A stretch of 64,000 bases of DNA from Welwitschia mirabilis (lineage: Eukaryota): contig JBOZIK010000001.1 in NCBI GenBank assembly GCA_051453625.1, forward strand, positions 36,961,156 through 37,025,155. Direction: 5' to 3'. Positions 25,648-38,109 of the stretch are shown piece by piece. Below the pieces are notes generated by a model. The model was given only the letters and a program-made list of their open reading frames with translations, ran no database searches and was not told the DNA's origin. The translations under genes were made by a program, and so were the position numbers. The number at the start of each line of letters is the position of its first letter. The stretch's first letter is position 1.

Positions 25648-27975
25648 TCAAGTTCCTACATGAATTAATGTATTATTTAGTGCCTTGAGATTTTGAAGTC
25701 TTTTTAAGAACTTAATATTTGTTTCACTAGGTTTGACATAATCGTTGTGCTTTGATTCATAGCATATGTGATAAGCATGCCTCTTCTCTAGTCTAAGATC
25801 TAATTTAACTTTAGGTACCCAAACTTTTCTTGGTTTATTGTACAAGAAATGGTGTACCAATCTATCATGCATCTTGGCTTTGTTAGTGTAGTACCTATCT
25901 TTTAATTTTATTTGACATCTATATTGATAATGACCTTTATAAAGATAATAATAGCAAATGATATTATTTGTATATGACAAGTGCTCACAACTTGGCTTAT
26001 AATTCCATCTTTAGAATAGATGGACTAAAGTGGTAGTTATTACCTCCTTGTATCCCAATCCTTTCTTATCTTTTGGATTTCTACTTTATCCAAGCATGAT
26101 ATTTAAAGTTTCTTTGCTTTAAGTAAATTTTTCAATAATTTTCTTTAAATCTAAAAGTTCCTATTTTACATTCTTNNNNNNNNNNNNNNNNNNNNNNNNN
26201 NNNNNNNNNNNNNNNNNNNNNNNNNNNNNNNNNNNNNNNNNNNNNNNNNNNNNNNNNNNNNNNNNNNNNNNNNNNNNNNNNNNNNNNNNNNNNNNNNNNN
26301 NNNNNNNNNNNNNNNNNNNNNNNNNNNNNNNNNNNNNNNNNNNNNNNNNNNNNNNNNNNNNNNNNNNNNNNNNNNNNNNNNNNNNNNNNNNNNNNNNNNN
26401 NNNNNNNNNNNNNNNNNNNNNNNNNNNNNNNNNNNNNNNNNNNNNNNNNNNNNNNNNNNNNNNNNNNNNNNNNNNNNNNNNNNNNNNNNNNNNNNNNNNN
26501 NNNNNNNNNNNNNNNNNTTTGCTTTAAGTAAATTTTTCAATAATTTTCTTTAAATCTAAAAGTTCTTATTTTACATTCTTCAAAACACATGTTAGTTTAC
26601 CGATCTTAGCTTTAAAGACTAAGTTTTTAGTGGATAATTTATTGCAAATATCCTTTTTTTATTCATATGAATTATCACAAATATTAAGCGATCTTTTCGT
26701 CTTTCCACATAAATTTTTCAAATTAATAGAGTCTTTAAAAATAAAATCATATTTTTGTTTAATAGTAATACCTGTGTCATCCTCAGTATCTAAATCATAC
26801 CCATCTTTATTTTTGTTGAATAGTTATACCTGTGTCATCCTCAGTATCTAAATCATACCCATCTTTTAAATCATTCTTTTCATCTTTAGTGTGAGCTATA
26901 GTCATGTAGGAAAGATATGTTTTCTTATTATCTGACGCTTCTTTTTCTGAAGCATTATCACCTTCATCCCATGTAATAAAGAATGATTTCTTTCTTTTGG
27001 AATCCTTCTTTGTTCATCTTCCTGCAATCTATTAGCACTAGGGCATTTTGAGATAATATGTCCTCTACCTCCACATATCTAACATTCTATTGTGAAAACA
27101 TTTAATAAAGAAGAATTATTAGATGATTTACCTTTATCCTTATCTTTTATTTAAAATCCAAATAATTTTCTAAGCTCATCTCTTCTCTTGTACTTATGTA
27201 AGAGTTGTCTTTTTACTCTTTATATGATGAAGGCTAGTTTCTTATCTTCATCCTTAAAATCATCCTTTTCATCATCTTCTTTCATCATTTTCTTTGATCT
27301 CTGATTTGTTCTTTAGCTTGTCTCAAGTGCAGTGGATTTATCCTTCATGACTCTATCTTGTATGAGGTTCATTTCATATGTTGTAGGTGCACTTTGTAGT
27401 TCTTCTATCTTCATGATGTTAAAATATCTAGCTTCTTCCATGACTATAATCTTAGATCTATAATCAGGGATTAGTGATCTAATAAGTATTAGCTTTTTTT
27501 CTAGAAGATCCTCTCTAATGCCATGCATTACATTCACAATGTTTGCAACTCTGGTAAAGTAGTCATAAACTCCCTCTTCTTGGTTTATTTTTAAATTTTT
27601 AAATTGGTTTTTCCAAACTAGAAGCTTAGATTATTTTACAATAAAAGCACCTTCATATATTTCAGTTAGAACATTCCAAATTTCTTATGCCAATTTGCAA
27701 CCTGCTATTCTATTAAACTCTTCTATAGATAAAGTGGAATAAATTGAATTTTTATCTTTAGAGTCATATATGAATGCACCTTTTTCTTCATCTATCTAGC
27801 CTTTTCTTTTCTTGATTTGAGTAGTGGTATTGCTTGCAGGGTCTGTGTAACCTTCTTCTATGCTTTGCCACACCTTAAACTCAAAAGACTATAAGTAAAC
27901 TCACATCCTCATCTTCCAATAGGTATAGTTCATATCATCAAAGAAAAAAGGTCTAATGAATGGCATCCCTTTCAT
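25648..27975 (-). pseudogene. Element B gag (decayed)
   Basis: MKGMPFIRPFFFDDMNYTYWKMRM..KVWQSIEEGY, IWNVLTEIYEG, ILIRSLIPDYRSKIIVMEEA, knuckle remnants, RKVWVPK. Confidence 0.88.
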
Positions 27976-30714
27976 ATTTTACTCAAGAAAGTTACTCCTT
28001 CTTATGAGTACCCACTGTAATACCACTTAAGGATCAATTTTGAACTTAGAGGGGAGGGGTGAATGAGTTTCAACAAATAAAAGTTAAACCAAGTAATAAA
28101 ATAAAATGCATAATGAAATACCTAACCAAGAAAAAATGTTTTCTCAACNNNNNNNNNNNNNNNNNNNNNNNNNNNNNNNNNNNNNNNNNNNNNNNNNNNN
28201 NNNNNNNNNNNNNNNNNNNNNNNNNNNNNNNNNNNNNNNNNNNNNNNNNNNNNNNNNNNNNNNNNNNNNNNNNNNNNNNNNNNNNNNNNNNNNNNNNNNN
28301 NNNNNNNNNNNNNNNNNNNNNNNNNNNNNNNNNNNNNNNNNNNNNNNNNNNNNNNNNNNNNNNNNNNNNNNNNNNNNNNNNNNNNNNNNNNNNNNNNNNN
28401 NNNNNNNNNNNNNNNNNNNNNNNNNNNNNNNNNNNNNNNNNNNNNNNNNNNNNNNNNNNNNNNNNNNNNNNNNNNNNNNNNNNNNNNNNNNNNNNNNNNN
28501 NNNNNNNNNNNNNNNNNNNNNNNNNNNNNNNNNNNNNNNNNNNNNNNNNNNNNNNNNNNNNNNNNNNNNNNNNNNNNNNNNNNNNNNNNNNNNNNNNNNN
28601 NNNNNNNNNNNNNNNNNNNNNNNNNNNNNNNNNNNNNNNNNNNNNNNNNNNNNNNNNNNNNNNNNNNNNNNNNNNNNNNNNNNNNNNNNNNNNNNNNNNN
28701 NNNNNNNNNNNNNNNNNNNNNNNNNNNNNNNNNNNNNNNNNNNNNNNNAGTTACTCCTTCTTATGAGTACCCACTGTAATACCACTTAAGGATCAATTTT
28801 AAACTTAGAGGGGAGGGGTGAATGAGTTTCACCAAATAAAAGTTAAACCAAGTAATAAAATAAAATGCATAATGAAATACCTTACCAAGATAACATGGTT
28901 TCTCAACCTGGGTACATCCACACACAGAGGGTAGATTCTAGTCACATCTCTAGATATTCTTGACTTATAAGAAATAATAGTTTTTTGATGCACTACCAAC
29001 CTTATAACAAGTAAGAGTTTCCTCACAAGGCAACACCCTCTTCCCTCAAGGGAACAATGGTTTTCATAAGTGCATCATAAACCTTTACAATAATGAGAGT
29101 TTCCTCACAAGATAATACTCTCTCCCCTAAAAAGGAATAATGGTTTTTAAGCTGACTAATAACCTTACATTCAATAAGTGCCTAAAAGTACAATAACCAA
29201 TGCACACCCCTACAAGGATTTCCTTACAAATTATTTGGTATTTTAAGAAATGCACTCTACAATAGTATTCAACAATAATATAGTCTATAATAAAATAACC
29301 AAAAAATAAAATACAATAATAAGGCTGAATATGCTTGGATGAAGACTTTAGATCCTTGAAGTTATTGTTGTAGTCATGAGCATGAATGAGAAAGATGATT
29401 TTGATGAAGGTCCAAGTCCAAGAGATGAAACAATGCTATCTCCTTGTTACTAAATCTTTTGATTTCTTCATAAGAGGTTTTATTTACTCATGCTTCCAAG
29501 ATCTATAAATTTGATTAATTCAGTGAAGTGCAAAAAGTCCTACTTTAATTCTTAATGTCGATGCTTTATATGATGAGAAAGATCTAGCTATTTAAGCTTG
29601 AAAGATAGCCATTTGAATCTGTAATCACTGTGTAATGTGTAACACCCCAGATTTTAATATGATGATTAGATCTCTAATATATTGAATTTCTTTTGTTTAA
29701 TTTTGATTGTATATTGTTAGACTAGGAATCCCTAATGTTGAAATATTTACTAGATAAAAAGGGATAAGAGATATATGAAAGTATGAATAAGATAGTAATA
29801 GAAGTAAAATTATAGGTAGTAATGAGGTAAAGTTGCAAGTAACCAAATTCTTTACCAAACCAATCAATGCTCATTAATAAAAGAGCTGAATTATCTTGTC
29901 TTTGAAGTGAGAGAAGTGTATAATCTTATTGCTATACAATTTATTAGGGATCACCACTGCTTTAACAGGTGTAAGAGCATAATCAAGAAATAGGGAAACA
30001 TTGCCAGAAAGTTGGTAAGCATTGTTAGGAGGAGGACCGAGTGGGCTACAGCATGAACAAGGCAAGCGAAGTGAGGAAATGGAGAAANNNNNNNNNNNNN
30101 NNNNNNNNNNNNNNNNNNNNNNNNNNNNNNNNNNNNNNNNNNNNNNNNNNNNNNNNNNNNNNNNNNNNNNNNNNNNNNNNNNNNNNNNNNNNNNNNNNNN
30201 NNNNNNNNNNNNNNNNNNNNNNNNNNNNNNNNNNNNNNNNNNNNNNNNNNNNNNNNNNNNNNNNNNNNNNNNNNNNNNNNNNNNNNNNNNNNNNNNNNNN
30301 NNNNNNNNNNNNNNNNNNNNNNNNNNNNNNNNNNNNNNNNNNNNNNNNNNNNNNNNNNNNNNNNNNNNNNNNNNNNNNNNNNNNNNNNNNNNNNNNNNNN
30401 NNNNNNNNNNNNNNNNNNNNNNNNNNNNNNNNNNNNNNNNNNNNNNNNNNNNNNNNNNNNNNNNNNNNNNNNNNNNNNNNNNNNNNNNNNNNNNNNNNNN
30501 NNNNNNNNNNNNNNNNNNNNNNNNNNNNNNGATTACATCTGCAAAATTGAGAGAAGTTAGATTTCAAAGAAATAGATATATAACACTTTGCAGAGCCCAA
30601 ACCATCAAATATTTTTGAATAAGATTGAGCCTAGATGGATGTGCATGATAATAGTCCTACATTATTAGACATTTGCAGAAGGTTGGGTTAATGTTGTAGA
30701 CTGATTCCAAGGCA

Positions 30715-31349
30715 ATGTTAGCATGGAACCCACATTGTTCCAAGAGAGCTGGAATCGTTTCCATTTTGCTGGTTTTTTTTTTCTCCCTATAGTTTCCCAA
30801 TCCAGTCCCTCCTCTCTCAATTTAGAGATCGACTGAATCTGTAAGATGATCAAAGACCACCCCTTTTTGTACCCTCCGATCAAATCCACGTTGAACCAGA
30901 TCAAGTTCTGCGTTTTCTTCATTCATCGTCAAGAGAATTCTTGAAAGGCTCCTTGTTGGACACTCCAATGGCCTTAAAGCCCTATGATTATTCCACTGGG
31001 CAGGTCATCTGAAGACAGGCCCCGCTTGCAATTTCATCATCGTTGCAATTTCAGTAACGGTTATAGTTACAGGCACTTTACTCTCACATATGAACTTATT
31101 TTACAAATTCTGATGAGAATGTGTAAATTCTTGATGAAATGCATAGGCAAAATGCCATCACTCTAAAGTCATTAGACTGATCCTTTTCCGCTACGCCAAA
31201 ATAAATCCTTCAAGAGAACCCTAGATGTATTCTGAAGGATGGAGAAATACGCAGGGGAGTTAAATGTCGATGTTTTTAATGTCCTTCTCAGGGGATTCTG
31301 CACACAGAAGTTCATGAAAGAAGCACACACCCTGGTGAACATGATGTAG
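30715..31349 (+). pseudogene. 5' fragment of a P-class PPR gene (resembles Arabidopsis At3g61360)
   Basis: EID*ICKMIKDHPF, ILERLLVGHSNGLKAL*LF, YELILQILMRM, TLKSL..ILFRYAK, TLDVF*RMEK, VDVFNVLLRGFCTQKFMKEA in the recalled order; stops and frameshifts. Confidence 0.8.
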
Positions 31350-32456
31350 GTACAACTATATGAGCGATGAACAGGAAGTGCTTCATAGGACACCTTCTGA
31401 CTGCCATCACATCCTTTTTTTTTTTTTTTTTTGTCACTNNNNNNNNNNNNNNNNNNNNNNNNNNNNNNNNNNNNNNNNNNNNNNNNNNNNNNNNNNNNNN
31501 NNNNNNNNNNNNNNNNNNNNNNNNNNNNNNNNNNNNNNNNNNNNNNNNNNNNNNNNNNNNNNNNNNNNNNNNNNNNNNNNNNNNNNNNNNNNNNNNNNNN
31601 NNNNNNNNNNNNNNNNNNNNNNNNNNNNNNNNNNNNNNNNNNNNNNNNNNNNNNNNNNNNNNNNNNNNNNNNNNNNNNNNNNNNNNNNNNNNNNNNNNNN
31701 NNNNNNNNNNNNNNNNNNNNNNNNNNNNNNNNNNNNNNNNNNNNNNNNNNNNNNNNNNNNNNNNNNNNNNNNNNNNNNNNNNNNNNNNNNNNNNNNNNNN
31801 NNNNNNNNNNNNNNNNNNNNNNNNNNNNNNNNNNNNNNNNNNNNNNNNNNNNNNNNNNNNNNNNNNNNNNNNNNNNNNNNNNNNNNNNNNNNNNNNNNNN
31901 NNNAAAATGAGAGAAGATCTTCCTCTTCCTCTTCAAGTCTCCTTTGCTTAAGCCTGGAACTGATATGGACAAGTGCCCTTCCACGCATGAGATAAGGCAT
32001 TTAGTGGGAGGATTTGAGGTAAAACCCCACCAACGCCATTACTTGAGGAGACCAGCTTATCAAATTAGAGCCATCATAAGCTCGGATTCTGGAAGTTTAG
32101 AAAAGAGTTACGCCTTCTCCTGGATTAGTGCCGGGAACCATCATCGAATTTAGTAGATACGAATACTGTGGAAAGGGGGAGGGAAAAACCAACTGATGTT
32201 CTGGAGTCGAAGAAAGCGGTGGTGTAAAAGTCAGAGTCGGGAGTGACATGGGCTTTCAAAGGGGACAAAAAGCACAGTGAAGAGTGTTCGTGTGGAGAAA
32301 TATAGGCCTGCTTGGGCCAACAGATTTTAGTTCCTGACAGCAATCAAGGTTTCTGTGGCTGCAGTTACATGCATCACATCGATTCCGCTGGAAGAATAAG
32401 ATGGAGTAAGCTAATATGACCATAGGATATCATCGGTTTTTTTTTTTTTTTTTTGG

Positions 32457-33063
32457 TACGTTATTCTCACGCATGGCGAAGATGCGATTCTGGAGCATTT
32501 GATAGCAACGCATAGCACAATCATGGTGATTCTTGCGTACTCTCTGTTGAACGGAACTTTTATCATCACCGGGCACGCCAATGGCACCGATTTGATGCAT
32601 CGGCTTGGGGAAATTGGCGTCGAGGGAAACGGATCCAGCGGGGCTTCATTTGGTTTGCGGATGGGAGATTTCAGTGGCCTTTCATCTGGCGGTGCGGAGT
32701 CCGTGTAGCTTCTAGAAGTTCTTCAGGGTTGCGTCTTTGGATCTTAGAATAATGACCGTCCGCACCGGCGCTTGCAAGGGTCTTAATGGATCGCACACTG
32801 TCGTGTACGCGTTCGATGCCACGTAGCGATCCAAGGGATATGGAATGATGAGCAAAGGTAAAATCGTCCATGTCGTTCTTATGGGAGACATTATGAACTT
32901 TAAGTGCAAGTTAGATCGAAATGCTCGATCGAGCTTCTGCAAGTCCAAAACCAGACGATTAGCTTAAATGCAATCAAAGGTTACATTCTTCTTGGTACTC
33001 TAGATAAGGTGCTAGTTTTCAATTCCACTTCTCCGAATTACGTTCGCTCCATCGATCCCAGAG
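32457..33063 (+). pseudogene. Internal fragment of an At1g75140-like uncharacterized membrane protein gene
   Basis: FIITGHANG..MHRL, V*LLEV, ASLDLR..CKGLN..YAFDAT*RSKGYG, HVVLMGDIMNFKC, VRSK, AIKGYILL, KVLVFN..YVR match the recalled family sequence in order. Confidence 0.8.
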
Positions 33064-33636
33064 GGATGAATTCGAGCTTTAACTTACATGGTAGAGAGAC
33101 GGTTTTATGTGGAAGACTTTATCCGTATGGCAGAGGGATATTATTTCAAATGGCAGGAGAATTAAACCCAAACTGCAGGGGCCAAAATCAAAGCCTAGTA
33201 TTGTTATTGGATTGATGCACCTAGTAGCAGTGTCAGAGAGAGGCGATGGCAGGTGAGTCTTTTAATTCTTTTTAAAAATCTTTAATAATGTCCAACTGAA
33301 TCTACCGAGTTAGTATTAATTTAGTTTTTGATCATGAAATACCAATGTTAGTGATTCTTTAAACTCATTAGGCCCTGCAAGGATATAGCAAACAAATTAA
33401 AGCATAGAAAAACAAATAGTAATTAAGCCAAAAAACTAAAAATGTCATACATTTGATGTCAAGGTTAAATATGAAGTATTCACTTATTATCATAGATGAT
33501 GTTCATTAGGAATTATCATACATAATGTATCATAAAACATTTTTTCATATATATGTCTTATATCATCAAATTTTAGTATGAGAGTCAATTTTTAAGCTTA
33601 TTCTCTTTCACTAGGAACTAGCCATTCTCTCTCCCC

Positions 33637-33639
<3 letters not shown>

Positions 33640-33678
<39 letters not shown>

Positions 33679-33925
33679 TCTATGGTATTATATTGTAATT
33701 ACATTATATCATATATTAAATTACATTGGCTTGTATTATGTAATAAATATATTATATTGTCTGTATAGTATATTATACCTTATAACATATTATAGTACAT
33801 CATTTATATTACTAAAGTGCATAGTATTATATCTACATCTAAATTTAATTACTTCTTATATTATAAAATGCTATGCTATACATATATTGTGTTATATATT
33901 ATATTACATTATATAACATTATCTT

Positions 33926-33964
<39 letters not shown>

Positions 33965-34470
33965 CATATACATTGTATTGTATGATACGATATTATAATA
34001 TATTTTAGCATCTTTTATTACATGCATAATATTACATATACACATAATATTATATTATATTATATTAGAGTATACTTAAAATATATTATGTTAAATTATA
34101 TTATTGTATCATATATTATACTATATCATATTAAATCATATTCTTGTAATATGTATTATGTTATCTTATTTTAAATTATGTTATTGTATGTGGTATTTCT
34201 ATTTAGTATGATATCGAATTAATTTGTGTCATCTCATGTGCATAATATTATGTTATATGCTACTATAGGATATGCACATTAATATGAAATTTTATGCTAT
34301 GTTACTTACTATATCATATTGTATACTATATTATATTTTATATCAAATACCATCTTATATTATCTTATATTATATTATATTATATTATATTATATTATAT
34401 TATGTTACCCTATGTCATGTCATATTTTATCGTATATCATATCATTATGATTACATTACTTATGTATATT
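33640..34470. repeat. (TA)n microsatellites (33640-33675, 33930-33962) and degenerate (ATATT)n low-complexity tract
   Basis: Directly visible. Confidence 0.95.
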
Positions 34471-36679
34471 AAATCACATGATAGGAAAAGTGTTAGATAA
34501 GATGAAATGTTTATGTTAACTCCTTGAATAAAAATGTTATAGTAGTTATTTAATTAAATACCTTCTTGCACTTGCCTTCTTAGTGATTAATTTGTGAGGA
34601 ATGGTAGGAGTTGATGGATGTATTGATTAGTAATGATGTTTCTTTCAGTATGACTTAATTCCATTATAGTAGGCATTATATACTTATAAAATAATGTAGG
34701 TTTAGGTTCAGTCTATGGTGGTTACATTTGCTTCTAGCATGCTTCTTAAGTCCAGCCTAAGCGTGGGTTGTGATACAATGGATAGCTAACATCTATGCTT
34801 CGAGTGTGTAACTTCAGTTTTAATCACTGTGAACTTTGGGTTAAGACATTTGATTTTTCTAGATGTCTACCTTCCAGACATCTTTGCTTTTGTAGACATG
34901 TTCACTTTTATAGACATCTTAAAGTAACTTGCCTAGATTCTGATGAATTTTACACTGTAGTATTCTTGAACCTTTATTATTATGAATTCACTACATACAA
35001 GTTGATGTTAGATTATGTTTTGTCAATTGATGTCAAACTAATGTTTTCTATATAGAAAATTTTGTGTATCTTGTGCAAAAGATGTTAGTTACTTGTAGGT
35101 CAAAAGATGAAACCGAAACCATCAATTTCTGAGAACTAGAAACCTGTCAATTCTTTTACCTTCTTAAGGGTCTGACTGGATTTTTAAGGGCTCGAATGCA
35201 TCTGAAGTAGATAAAAAATGAACTGCATCTAGAGGGATTGACTGAACTTCTAATGGAATTGATTGGACCTGTAACCTCGAAAAATAGTATCCCTACACTG
35301 AATGGCAAGGGGTCGACTGGACCTTTATGGGGTTAACTAGATTTGAGAACCTATTAAATAGTATCCCTGGACTGAATGACAAGGGATCGACCGGACCTGT
35401 GATGGAGTCGACCGAATTTGTAAACCAAGAAACAGTACTCCTGAACCGATTGTCAAGGAGTTGACTAGATCTATGATGGGATCGAATAGACCTAAGCATT
35501 GTGCAGCTGATACACCTGAGCCAGCTGATCGTCATGGGGTCAACCCGACACCTGAAGGGGTCGATCAAATCTAATGCTAGAAACTAGAAAGAATTTTATC
35601 ATGAGGAGTGGATGAATGGATAATGTAGTGGATGACCGAACTGGGGTTGACCAAACCTAGATGGGGTCGACTAGACAAGGATCTGTAAGAAATTAGAGTA
35701 ACAAAATTTCTCACTCAAGTGATTTATGTAAGTTATGACATAAGATGGGATCAACCAGATTTTTGAGGGGTCGACCAGAAAGAATGAAAATAAAATTTTC
35801 TAATCATTAGGTATCTGCTATGTAGCCATTGGGTAGCTATTTTTTAGCCGATTATAGCCATTAGAAGTGCATTTTAAATGTAATAAATCCTAAAAGCCTT
35901 CTAATATAAATAGCTAAGACATAGATGATCAAAGAATCTTTTGGAACTATTTTCATTTAGGTGAATCTATTGGATCTGAAAGATCAAGCTTTATAATTGT
36001 GTAACTTTCACTGTTGTATCTTAGCATCTATACTTCTAACCGAAGAAGATCTACTATTAGTATCATATCTACATACAAGATTAGATCTAGATCTTTATTC
36101 ATTTTACATCTATAGGAGAAGAGCTCTATCAAATCTACTAGATTAAGAATGAGTGATATATGTGCTCTGTTGGCATTATTCCATCACTGCTTTACTTTGT
36201 GAAAGGTTGAGACTAAGCATTAAAAAGTTCATTCAAAGGTTGAGATTAAGCCTTAAAAATTCCATTCAAATATTGAGACTAAGCCTAGAAAAGTCTGTTT
36301 GTAAAGGTTATAGGTAAACCTAGAATACCTGGTGGAGTAACGAAGATCTGAGATCTAGCTTGGGAATAAGCTGAGCATCAAGAGTGGAGTAGGGGGTTTC
36401 CCAAACCACTATAACTTCAGCTTGCCTCTATTCAGTATTTTTATGCTTTTAGTTATTATTTCTTTACTTCTATTATTTTCCTATTTCATGCACATTTTAA
36501 ATTAGGTAATTATTATATGCAAGTTTTGTTTAAGATTGGATTCATTTAGAATATTATGTTGTGTCTTTTTAAAAGAACCTATCCATCCTCCATCTAAGGT
36601 TCTTAATCTTATCATTTGGTATTAGACCTGGTTAAGTATTTTTTTAGATCTTAATCAATCTAGAATTTATAACCCCATA

Positions 36680-37819
36680 ATGAATTTTCACATTGATGAT
36701 TTTTCAAATATGCCCTTCCTCGATACTTATGCTTTTATTTGTATATGTTGGATAGTATATGGATATATTTTTAAATAGATTACAACTAGTGGAAACACAC
36801 AGGAGTTAAGTGAAAGTGATAAAAGGAATCCTCAAAAACATGACAAAGAAAGGAGACTTTCCTTTATGGCACTTGTGCCTCCATTGCAAAATATGCCCAA
36901 TACATTAGATCAAGATAACCATAATGTGGACAACGAAGAACCAGATGAGTTGGAAGATACCTGTCAAGAGCTACACTAGGAATGTGAAAAGCTGTCTAAA
37001 AGGATAAATGATCTAAATACGATTATAAGATTTCTCACCAAGAAAAAGGAGGAAATGAAATCAAGTCTCAAAAGAATAAAATTAGAAAACTTTGATCTCA
37101 CTCCACAGGTAAAAGAGTTACCTTATTTTGTTAATAAATTTTTAGGTGGATCTACCAAATTGGAACAAATGCCTAAAGTTTAAAAACCTATTAGTAACAA
37201 GTCAGGTATTGGTTTCATTGCTTAAAGACAGCAAAATTAGATAACCACTGATGATAAGTTTCTTTCAAAAACTACTTGTCATTTCTATGGAAGAATTAGT
37301 CATTTAAAATTCATATGTAATGCTAGAAAGTTATTTTCAAACTCAGTTAGTACTTTCCTGTTTAAGTTTATTCCTAAAGGAGGTATCCATGTAAGTCTAG
37401 AAAGACTATGTGGTGAAAGCTAATGATCTTAAAAGTCTCTTAATTTAGACAACTTTTAACGTTTCAAATAACATAAGATAGTATCTCAATAGTGGGTGTT
37501 CAAGGCATATGTTAGAAGATAAATCCAGATTCAAGCAACTAAGCTACTTTGATAGAGGAGAGGTGACTTTTAGAAACAATGGAAGAGAAAAAATAAAAGG
37601 AATTGGAAGCATTAATGGAGGTAAACTCCCTATAATTAATGAAGTTTTGTATGTAAGTGGTTTAAAGCATAATTAATTAATCATTAGCCAAATTTGTGAC
37701 AAAGGTCATAAGATAGTTTTTGATAAATCAAAATGTAAAATTTTACATGGAAAATCAAATGATATAATTCTTAGAGCAAGTAGAATAGACAATGTTTATA
37801 GCATAGATCAATCATTTTC
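36680..37819 (+). pseudogene. A2 gag remnant and protease (decayed)
   Basis: DKERRLSFMALVP, coiled coil, knuckle remnant, YLNSGCSRHM. Confidence 0.85.
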
Positions 37820-38109
37820 NNNNNNNNNNNNNNNNNNNNNNNNNNNNNNNNNNNNNNNNNNNNNNNNNNNNNNNNNNNNNNNNNNNNNNNNNNNNNNNNN
37901 NNNNNNNNNNNNNNNNNNNTTACTTTAAATACGTCTAGTTTTTCTTCATATGCATAGTTTTATTAGCAAATTATTTTGACTAAGCTTTTAATATATCATG
38001 AATTGTTAGTTTATTTTATTTTAAGAATTCTCGATCCTTTCATTTGGTATTAAAGCAAGGTTAATTATTTTTTTTAGATTTTAACCAATGTAGACTTCAA
38101 AACCTTATA

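Larger units (their letters stand above)
29638..34775 (+). mobile_element. Element D1: ~5.1-kb solo-LTR-like insertion (Tekay/Del-like termini) carrying host gene fragments
   Basis: Ends TGTAACACCCC...GGGTTGTGATA; TSD TAATG/CAATG (29633-29637, 34776-34780); B LTR resumes exactly on both sides; no PBS, PPT or TE coding domains seen; two N gaps inside. Confidence 0.75.

Noticed and set aside
27991-28907. Direct repeats flanking gaps (also 26107-26580, 49795-50221, 60732-60945, 61856-62175, 62331-62562)
   Set aside because: Same sequence on both sides of an N gap indicates unmerged contig overlap rather than biological duplication.
28059-32000. Long ORFs in the supplied track (159-270 aa)
   Set aside because: They are runs of X across N gaps.
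32290-32312. VEKYRP resembling the replication factor C motif
   Set aside because: No flanking RFC similarity (no preceding PW, no Walker A); likely coincidental.
30531-33250. Organellar insertion or intact resident gene
   Set aside because: Recognised pieces resemble nuclear genes, are partial, carry stops and frameshifts, and lie within a TSD-bounded insertion.
33731-34500. Tyr/Ile-rich ORFs (also 41729-42072)
   Set aside because: Translations of TA/ATATT low-complexity DNA.
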